The notes under the pieces were generated by a model that saw only the letters and a program-made list of their open reading frames with translations, did not search any database and had not been told where the DNA came from. The translations under genes and the position numbers were made by a program. A DNA stretch of 64,000 bases from Lama glama. Its lineage: Eukaryota. The stretch spans positions 50,532,001 to 50,596,000 of the forward strand of contig CM052817.1 in the NCBI GenBank assembly GCA_028534125.1. Direction: 5' to 3'. Shown here piece by piece: positions 50,676-59,772 of this stretch (positions within the stretch are counted from its first letter, which is position 1; each line of letters opens with the position of its first letter).

Positions 50676-51825
50676 TTGTTAGTTGTCTTTTCCTTTGCAG
50701 TAAATGAAGCAAAGCATTACTTTAAGGGAAAGATGGAAGTAACTGCAAAGGCCATTTAGGCTTGAACTCCTCTGCATGAAGGCCATCCACCCCAGGCTTA
50801 TCAATCACATATGATTACCAGCCAATCTTTGCAGGCTGTAATTTCTCTAGCAAAAGATAAGGCAGTGCAGCCATCCCCAGCTTTGATGAAACTTTTATGA
50901 AGGAAAATTTATACTAGTTGTACACGACGTTCAGTTGGGGCTGATTAAATGATTTATATTTTGCCTGATCAGAAAGCCAGGCAGATTAAAAATTGTGGCA
51001 GTCCCCTTTCGGAGTGCACATTGTTGTCTTCAGGTCACTGCTGAGAGAAATTGTCAGTGTGGTTCAAGGACAGCTCAGCCCTTCGTACTTTCTCAAGGCA
51101 AGTCATTACTTAAGTGGCTACATGTATATTTCTAACAGCTGTGCCTTTGAAAGCTGACTTTCCTCTGTAATTACAGTCCTGCCAAATAAGATGTTAATTT
51201 AGAGTTGTTTGGAGTTTCAAGAGACAGGGTATAAATTGAATTTACTTAAGTATCCTCCAGAAGTCTTATCTTTCAATTTTAAGACACATAACTTCAAATT
51301 ACGATTTTAAAAATGCCAGTAACTTGTTGAAAACTGGAGAGGAACTGAAACATACCAGCAGTGTAAATCTGGCCAAATGAAGGCAAGAGTGGGAGACTGT
51401 AGTCTGGCAGGAAGAGTCTGCTGCATTCAATGGGCCAGGAGGGCAGTGAGTGAGTCTAGAAAGGCAGAGAGGCCTGAACAGTTCTTTCACATATTATATG
51501 TTTCCTATTCTAATATATTTCTTTCTTTATCAGCAGTGTTTAAATAAGTCATTTCAATGAATGTCAGTAACAGTGAATATTTATTGGGATTTTATCTTCT
51601 ACAAAATGCAGTAGTTTGAATATTTAAGAAAATAAGTTATGATACGCCTCAGATTTGCTGCTTAGCAGTGCCACAGCAGGGTACTTTTACTATAGATACA
51701 TTTGGAAAACTGGCATCACAAGGAACAGAACAAAAAAGTAGTTCGTGCATATTTCATCCCTCTCTTCATTGATGGTATTGCCATTGTTGTTTGCATGTAT
51801 TTTAATTTTATCCTTCAGTCTCTTC

Positions 51826-51915
51826 ATGATGATGTTGATGATGATGATGACGATGATGGTGGTGATAATGATAATGATGACGATATTGACAATAATGATG
51901 GTGATGATGATGATG
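51826..51915. repeat. Imperfect (GAT)n trinucleotide repeat
   Basis: About 30 GAT-like triplets; generates the poly-D/M/H/I/S ORFs in the track. Confidence 0.92.
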
Positions 51916-51919
51916 GACA

Positions 51920-52030
51920 CATCTCTCCTTCACTAGACTGTTTGGTTTTATTAATTTCTGTTCCCAGTGTATACAACACTGTCTGGAATGAAGTAGATTT
52001 TTCATAAACATTTGCTGTGTGATTAAAAGA
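51920..52030 (+). mobile_element. L2 3' end fragment
   Basis: tctccttcactagactg...cccagtgtatacaacactgtctggaatgaagtag...ataaacatttgctg. Confidence 0.6.
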
Positions 52031-52163
52031 CCAAATTGAAAAAAAAAAGTAATTCATTGAAGCTCCTTGGTCATTGAGTTTATAGATTTTCTGGGGGATA
52101 GAAATTCAAGCAGAAAAAAATAAATATTTTGAATGATGCAAAGTAGGGATCCATAAGAGCAGG

Positions 52164-52528
52164 TATCTTAGTTGTTTGGGCTATAGAATACCCAAACAAC
52201 TCATAGACTGAGAGGCTTATAAAGGACAGAAATTTATTTCTCACAGTTTTAGAAGCTGGGAAGTCCAAGATCAAGGTGCCTGCAGATTTGGTGTCTGGTG
52301 AGAGTCTGCTTCCTGATTCACAGACAGCTGTCTTTCACTGTAACCTCACATGACAGCAGGGGTAGGGGAACTCTTTAGGGTCTCTTATGAAGGGATTAAT
52401 CCTATTCATGATGGTGCCACCCTGATGAGCTAGTCACCTCGCAAAGGCCCCACCTTGAAATACCTTCACATTGGGCACTGGTGTCAACATATTAATTTTA
52501 AGAGACACAAACTGATGGTCTGTAATAG
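52164..52528 (-). mobile_element. MaLR LTR (MLT1A-like)
   Basis: cagaaatttatttctcacagttttagaagctgggaagtccaagatcaaggtgcctgcagatttggtgtctggtgag...aaaggccccacc. Confidence 0.9.
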
Positions 52529-53117
52529 CTGGTGAAAGACTCCACTCTGTAATTCACCTATCAGGATACTATACAGTTGTGCCATTGAAACTGGAAGTTT
52601 TCAGCTCTTAAGTATATAGAGCAGTGCTGATGAGTTTATTTGAAGTGTCAGGGGTATTTGATAACACTTCCCAAACCATTAATTTTGCTCAATAGTCAGT
52701 GGTTAAAATATATCAAATTTGAGAACACTTGTTAAATAGAACACAGTGGAAAAATTATTTATGAACTTTCAAGATAAAATGAGAACTCAGATTTCTCTCT
52801 TTCAGTTGCCTCCTTCGGGCTATACTATTATACCTCTTGTGAGCATAAGTTCACTTTTCTCTACCATTAACTATATGTCATCCATCAAGCGTTTATATAT
52901 GTCCAACAACTAAGAAATGTTTTCACTATGATTCTGATAGACTCAAGGTCTTGGTAGCCTTTTGCATTCTCTGTAGATTAGGGTGTGGAGTCAGTTAAAA
53001 CTGCCAAGTGACAGGTTTGGGAGTCATGAAAAGTGTGTTTGGAAGTTGAAGGCAGAGTCTAACAAACCCCTGTGGTTTCTCTCATGCATTTCAGGAAGTT
53101 TGGGGCTTTATTTATTT

Positions 53118-53918
53118 ATTTATTTATTTTTCATGTTCTTTTTCCTTAAAGGGTATTATAAGATATTGAATGTAATTTCCTGTGGTATACAGAAGAAATT
53201 TGTTTTTTATCTGGTTTTATATATAGTAGTTAATATTTGCAAATCTGAAATTCCCAAATTTATCCCTTCCTCTACCCCTTTTCCTCTGGGAACCATAAGA
53301 TTGCTTACTATTTCTGTGAGTCTGTTTCTGTTTTGTAAATGAGTTCATTAGTGTCTTTTTTTTTTTCTCCCTTTTTTTAGATTCCACATATGAATGATAT
53401 CATATGGTATTTTTCTTTCTCTTTCTGGCTTAGAATGATGATCTCCACGTCCATCCATATTGCTGCAAATGGCATTGTATTATTCTTTTTATGGCTGAGT
53501 AGTATTCCATTGCATAAATTTACCACAACTTCTTTATCCAGTCCTCTGTCGATGGACATTTAGGTTGGTTCCATGTATTGGCTATTGTATATAGTGCTGC
53601 TATGGACTTTGGGGTGCATTCATCTGTTTGAATTAGAATTTTCTCCAGATATATGCCCAAGAGTGGGATTGCTGGGTCATATGGTGAGTCTATTTTTAGT
53701 TTTTTGAGGAAAATCTGTACTGTTTTCCATAATGCCTGCACAAAACTACATTTCCACCAACAGTATAGGAGGGTTCCCTTTTCTCCACACCCTCTCCAGC
53801 ATTTATTATTTGTGGACTTTTGAATGATGGCCATTCTGACTGGTGTGAGTTGATACTTCATTGTAGTTTTAATTTGCATTTCTCTGATAATTAGCAATAT
53901 TTAGCATTTTTTCATTTT
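53118..53918 (-). mobile_element. Relatively young 5'-truncated L1
   Basis: (TTTA)n tail, L1 3' UTR and ORF2 end. Possible 12-bp TSD cttt(a/g)tttattt at 53106-53117 and 53919-53930. Confidence 0.92.
53520..53897 (-). pseudogene. L1 ORF2 C-terminal (cysteine-rich) remnant, 125 codons open
   Basis: [24 protein letters not shown]...[19 protein letters not shown]...[12 protein letters not shown]...WNQPKCPS is the canonical L1 ORF2 C-terminus. Confidence 0.9.
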
Positions 53919-54820
53919 CTTTGTTTATTTGCTGGTTTTCCTCAGTCAACTTAGATTACCTGAGGGAGTTTTAGGTTTTGTCAATTAATAAACACCTCAT
54001 ATCTTCCCACTCTGTTTTGTGCTCTAGTATATGTTAAATTCATAATGGTATCCTTTCAATCATATTATATAGTAGCTGAAGAATTTACATCTGGTAGCCA
54101 TTTACATTATACCTGCTACCTATCAGTTATCCCAGAGAGAATACAGTAAAGAATAACATTTTAAGGGTAATTATTCATCAAAATTAGGTGTAGAATTGAG
54201 CAGGAACAGATTAGGAAGAAAGGGGTCTGTTTTGGCATTGGACAGCTGAGAAGAAACTGTGATAGCTTTGCTCATGTAGAATATAGATCTTATGTATTCT
54301 GAATGGAGGAATATACATATGTTTGTATATGTAAGATTAACAGAAATCTATTTGATTCCAAAAGAAGAAGAATTTAAATGGGCTAACCTGATACAGGCTT
54401 TTTCTGGCTCAGTATGGCATGTCAACTTTGATAGTGCTGTAAGAGCTAGAGATTTGGAGCATCTGGAAATGGGATGACAGGAGAACTGTGGATTTCTGAT
54501 ATGTGGTACGATTTACACTGTATAGTGGTGTCCTCTTAAGGAGCAAAATCAACATATTTAAACATAGATTGAAATGGTGTAAATGGTATGCAAGAGTCCA
54601 GAAGGATGCTTTATTGAACTAACAGATGAATAAGATATGTTTAAGAGGCTCAAAGAAGTGTCTTCTCAAAAAACTGCATTTGAGAACTTTTTACACTTTT
54701 CACATCAAACCTTATTTGTAAAATCTGTATTTCATTTGAAAAGAAGTGTCATGAGCAATATAATACTAATAAATATTATTTTATTTCTCTTTTTCCATTT
54801 ATAATATGTAGCAAATGTAT

Positions 54821-55279
54821 TGTCAACTGACACAAAAAACACACAAAGTCAGAGCTGTGAGTTTGGTTTAATCTGGGGACTTACTGAGAACTAGCCCAGA
54901 GACAGCCTCTCAGATAACCAAGGAACTGCTCCAAAGAGGCAGGACGAAAGGCCAGAATAACATGGCTTTGCTTGAGGAGTACTTGCAAGTCAGCATATAC
55001 CTCAGTAGAAGGCTGCTGCTGGTCATGAGGAACAGATATCTCAGTTAATGATTATAGTGCTTTTCTAAGTACGAGAAGTTGCACGAATCCATGTTTATAA
55101 AAAACGTCTGAACTGTACCTATCTAAGGATCTCGTTGGCCTGTTTTCCCAGAGCCAAGTGTGCCTCATCCTGCTCTTTGCCCTGAATTCCTTTCAGGGTG
55201 CACTATAGGTCAGCGACTGCAGTGGCTAATGACCTAATCCTTCTAGAATCAGAGAGTGAGCAACATTGCTTATTTCCCT
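54821..55279 (-). mobile_element. ERV1-type solo LTR
   Basis: Starts TGtcaactga; cagcctctcagata...ggaactgctccaaagagg...gatatctcagttaatgatt...ccctgaattcctttcagggtg resembles laurasiatherian ERV1 LTRs. Possible 4-bp TSD GTAT at 54817-54820 and 55280-55283; right terminus degenerate. Confidence 0.72.
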
Positions 55280-56903
55280 GTATAATGGAGAAACAACTGA
55301 GAAAAGAATCAGAGGAATATAGTTGTTTTTTTTAATGCTCACTTATTTTTGCTGTACTTGTTTTCTTTTGAAAATATATTTACCAAAAGCAGCATGCTGT
55401 TGAAATACACAGTGGGAATGAGTTGACTCTGAATTTCAACATTTTCAGTATTAATGAAAGCTATTCATAATCAATTAAATAATTCCTTTTCTTCCTGCCC
55501 TCCCCCTCCTCCCCCATCCCTTTGGAAGCCTATAAGTAAATTCAAAGCAATGTAAATGGCACATACCTTTTGTGATTTAAATGATAAACATGGTCACAGA
55601 GGCTTGTTTGAATTGTGCAGTAGAGAATGCTTTAAATTATAATATTCATGCATCAATTTTCAAAGAGCTGTTAAAAGTAGCATTTAAACACTTCTCCCAG
55701 GACTTTGAAAACTTAAGAATTGGTATTTTTTGTTGTTGTTTAGAAGTTGTTGAGCCAATTAGTACCACTTATAGCACTTTATAATAAATAAGGTTATTCT
55801 AGAGGCAATGTTTACACTTTGAAATTTTTTGATTTATTATAAAAATTAAAGACTAAATAAGGAGGGAAAGAATCTAGTTAAATATATAAAATTTGATGGT
55901 GAATTTATTGAGTTTGTGATTAACAACTTCCCTGCTCTTTCACTCTGGAAATGCTTCTGGCGGAATTTCTAGTCAGCTCTGTTGGGCTATTACTTGGCCT
56001 CATGTCTGTTTTTATCTCTTTGGATTCTTTAGTTTAATTTTTAGTTAAATTTGTTATGCATATACACTACTGTAATGAAAACTGACATAATGGATTTATT
56101 CAAAACTGAATGATTCAAGAACTTAATATAACCATGTAGGAAATAAACATACTAATGATGCACCAAAGACAAATTGTTTATGACCTAATTTATTTTGAGA
56201 AATAGAAAAATTGATGCAGCATCTTGGGAAGAAGCAATTATTTCTTCTATGTTTGCAGACAGTATTAAAAAAAAAGTATAGCTATAGCATTCTTGCTAAT
56301 CTTACTCTTTCTACCTCCAACCCCATTCATTTCCTCATAGCTCTCTTTATCTTTTAGTACTTCTTTTATGAAAAATACTAAGGCTGTGTAACATGGGATG
56401 ATAAATCAAATATGATCCAAAGTTGCAGTTCACTGTGACCACCTCTGCGGCATTTAAGTTCGCAAATTAGCTGTCTCATGAATCTTTGAAAATGATAGTG
56501 ACAGTGACTCCTACTTAAGCATTTGTTGAGGCATTTTATTGCAGAAATGGTAGAGTGACTGGAGTGATAAGAGTAGGAATGTAAGAGTCGTGTCTGATAT
56601 TTTCATGCTAAGCATCTTTGCCACAAACATTTTTGCCCCAAACATTTTCACTGTGTAACTGATTGGCTATAAGGCAACTTTGCTATATAAGATAAAATAA
56701 TGAAAAATAAATAAGGAACATTAAAAAGAACATAATGAAACATGAAAAAGGAATAACAAAATTAAAGACTTTTATTATGAAATACAGAATATTTGAAGGC
56801 ATTTAAAATGTATGTAGATTCATGGCAATACTGTACAAACATCTGATTTTATTTTGTGGGTCATACCTAAGCATTTGTCTTCCAAGTATTTCCTTCATAA
56901 TAT

Positions 56904-57387
56904 TGAGACAGGAGGGAAGGGAGCAGGGCACAACCATTAAAAGAATGACAAAGCAATTGAGGACTGGACATAAACTGGTTAGAGCCAACTTGGCCCAAGA
57001 TGGCAGAAAAGTCAACTTCCAATAGACCTTGAGCCTTATTATAGGCTTGTTGTAATACATTAGCATGCTAAATGACACACCACAGGTGCCATGACAGTTC
57101 TTAGGCTGACCATAAAAAGCCAAAAATTGGACTGTGGCCCAGTTTCTGGAAATCCTTGCTCCTTCCCCAAAACAGTTGGAATAATCCTCCCACTTATTAG
57201 CATATGAAATTACCCAACCCATAAAAACCAACAACCCTGCACTTTGGGGCCACCTCTCTTGCCTTCTGAGATGGCCCACACTCTGTCTATGGAGTGTGTA
57301 TCTCCCTAAGTAAACTTACTTTCATTTTACTATGCCTCTCTCTTGAATTCTTTCCTGCCGGAGACAAGAACCTATTCACTGGCAACA
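56904..57387 (+). mobile_element. MER41-like ERV1 solo LTR inserted in the MULE
   Basis: TGagacaggagggaaggg...catgctaaatgacacaccacaggtgccatgacagtt...ttgaattctttcctg...ggcaaCA. Near-match 4-bp TSD ATAT/GTAT. Confidence 0.82.
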
Positions 57388-57393
57388 GTATTT

Positions 57394-57483
57394 TATATAC
57401 ATATATATATATATGTGTGTGTATATATATATATACACACACACACACATACACATATATATGTATATATATATATATATATA
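57394..57483. repeat. Compound (TA)/(TG)/(CA) microsatellite, quasi-palindromic
   Basis: atatgtgtgtgtatatatatatatacacacacac seen directly. Confidence 0.9.
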
Positions 57484-57489
57484 GTTTGT

Positions 57490-57850
57490 TTGTTTCTCTC
57501 ATCATTTGGCATCATACTTTTTTCTGTTTCACTAAAATTTCTTTCATCATTAATAGAGGTATCATTTTTCCAAACACTTGGATGCATATCTGTAACTGAG
57601 CTTTGTATTGTGTTGTGAAACCCTCTACACTGTTGTTTGTTTTTGTGACAGGGTCACATGTTCATTGATAGATGTTCCAAAGTTCTATGGGAGATATGGG
57701 TTCAACTCTGTGCCTTTCAGGCCTTCAGCCTATTTAACCTCCAATGTAGTATGTTTCAAAATAAGAAACCAACTCTTGAGGCAATTCATTGTCATCTGTC
57801 AGCTCAGTAAAGCCATTTGTAATTTCTAACTGGAAAAAATGCTAAACTCA
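57490..57850 (-). pseudogene. Mutator-family DDE transposase remnant (C-terminal part of the catalytic domain)
   Basis: Manual translation: LAFFPV/EITNGFTELTDDNELPQELVSYFETYYIGG*IG*RPERHRVEPISPIELWNIYQ*TCDPVTKTNNSVEG/FHNTIQSSVTDMHPSVWK. The LAF.P, YF...Y, W, TNN..E.FHN and HP..W motifs are in MULE order, with 3 stops and at least 2 frameshifts. Confidence 0.82.
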
Positions 57851-58435
57851 TTGCAAGCAAACTATCAAACCAAAAATTGTCAACCAGTTATTTTATCTTC
57901 CACAGAAAAATTGCTTTAAGGCCAGTTAGTTCTGTGGCAAAAATGCTTAGGGCAAAGATGTTTACAACAAAGAAAAAGCTCACAGCAAAAACCTAGAACC
58001 TGTAAGAACAAACAGGTACTAAGTATTACATAACAATGTGTGGGGACTCAGCCTAGACCAGCTCCCGGAGGTGTACCTAGTAAGATCTGTGTTCTGATAT
58101 GCCTGAGGGGGTAGTCTCTGCCTTTGGTGGTGGTCATTTCTCCAAGTCTCAAGGAAGGTAGTCACTGCTAGTAAATTTTCTCTCTTTATACCTAGGAGAA
58201 GAGCAAAAAGAAAAGAAGGAAGGAAGAGAGGGAGGAAAGAGAAAAGATTGATTGATTTAGGTCTCCATCTCTAAGGCAGAGTTCTTCCCATCTATAAAAT
58301 TTACATGAAATATTTATATTAGATTCATAATTTAGTCCACTAAACTTTAGTGGCTCCTATGTGTAATGACCTACTGTATATTATGGACTGTCCTAGGAAC
58401 TTTGATATGTACCATTATATAAAGTCTGACAGAGT

Positions 58436-58647
58436 CAGGGGTCATTAAACTTACTATTCAGGGCCAGATGGTAAATTTTTCGGCTTTGTAGAATACATGA
58501 TCTCTGTCTTAACTGCTCAACTGCACCTTTGTAATGCAAAGCAGCCATACATTGTAGAAAATGGTGAGCATGTATGTGTTCAAATAAAACTTTATTTACA
58601 AAAACACGGCAGGATTTGTCCTGCAGGATGTAGTTTGCCTGGCCCTG
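58436..58647 (+). mobile_element. MER58A-like hAT-Charlie element
   Basis: CAGGGG...agggccagatggtaaattttt...aactgctcaact...aataaaactttatttacaaaaaca...tagtttgcctggCCCTG. Confidence 0.85.
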
Positions 58648-59292
58648 GTTATCCTAATTGATAGTGATTCAAAACATTGTCATGCCTCTTGCATTAAAGA
58701 TAAAACATTACTTACTTTCAAATTGTTATCTCAGTTGGGTATTTTGGGTTTTATTTCATTTTGGGGAGTATAGGTTAGATTTTAATTATATGATGTATAA
58801 TGAATTTTATGATGAGGGAATCCAAAATGATGACATTCTGCCTTGGTCTAGTCACTCATGTGTCATGTGACTCTTTGGCTCATTATACACAAGAAATGAT
58901 ACTAGTTAGAAGGCAGGAGTGTGCTTAATTACTTCAGAGCAGAGCTCTGTGAAGCTGCATTTGATGCACATGCCATAGCCCAAAGGAAAAACGAGAGACT
59001 GTGCATCCCCTTAAGCCCAAATCCAAATGTTAAGATCCTTTATCTTCTCACTGGCCACATGATAAATCAAAGTCAAAGAGTAAAGTTCATATTTCAGTGC
59101 AACCAAGCAAATCTAGCTCTGTGAACTTGCCCACTCGTAAAGGTGGATCAGTGTTCTTTAATCTTACCAATCAGAAAATTATTCTCCTTTAAGGAAGAAC
59201 AGGCAAGATGGGTAGGAAAAAGGCTTTCTTGCTATGGAAGAGGTAGCAAGAGCTGTCCTTTCTTCAAAGGCGTACAATTTGATTTCTTTTTA

Positions 59293-59631
59293 TGGGGGCT
59301 TAATCTACAGAAATCTATTTTCTCACAGTTCTGGAGGTTGAAGTCCAAGATAGATGAAAGTGCCAACAAGCTTGGTTTCCTCTGAAGCCTCTTTCCTTGA
59401 CTTCCAGGTGACTGACCTCTTTCTGCCTCTTAACATGGTCATCCCTATGTGCACACACAGTGCCCCTGTTGTCAATCCAGATATACTGGGATATGGTCCC
59501 ACCCCAAAGTCTTCATTTCAACCTGATTACTGCTTTAAAGACCACATCTCCAAATACAGCTACATTAGGAATTACTAGATGTTGTGACTTCAACATATGA
59601 ATTTTGAGAGGATACAGTTCAGCCCCTAACA
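59293..59631 (-). mobile_element. MaLR LTR (MLT1B-like), partial
   Basis: ttttctcacagttctggaggttgaagtccaagat...tttaaagaccacatctccaaatacag...cttcaacatatgaatttt...ttcagcccctaaca. Confidence 0.85.
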
Positions 59632-59699
59632 CCTTGAATTAGGAGAAAACTGCTTTCTCACGTCAGAGATCACAGCCATTTGTTCTCTTTTCTGTTTGT

Positions 59700-59772
59700 T
59701 TTGGATTTTTTAAGGTATTGTTAAGGTATAACTAATGAAAAAAATTATATACATTTCAGGTGTACAATGATT
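59700..59772 (-). mobile_element. Short L1 3' terminal fragment
   Basis: T-rich run followed by aaggtataact...tatacatttcaggtgtacaatgatt. Confidence 0.5.

Larger units (their letters stand above)
56589..58000 (-). mobile_element. MULE/MuDR (Mutator-like, Ricksha-class) DNA transposon fossil, internally deleted
   Basis: ~110-bp imperfect TIRs (56589-56700 vs 57888-58000), candidate 9-bp TSD TGTAAGAgt / TGTAAGAac (56580-56588, 58001-58009), and a transposase remnant on the minus strand. Confidence 0.82.

Noticed and set aside
51690..52057. Five overlapping ORFs with poly-D, poly-M, poly-H, poly-I and poly-S tracts
   Set aside because: All are by-products of a stop-poor (GAT)n microsatellite beside an L2 end; no splice or homology support.
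56803..57279. 158-aa ORF, the longest gap-free ORF in the window
   Set aside because: Mostly antisense to a solo LTR and crosses its boundary; no recognisable domain; most likely chance.
57287..57618. ORFs rich in YI/HT/CV dipeptides
   Set aside because: Translation of the dinucleotide microsatellite; only the MHPSVWK portion belongs to the transposase remnant.
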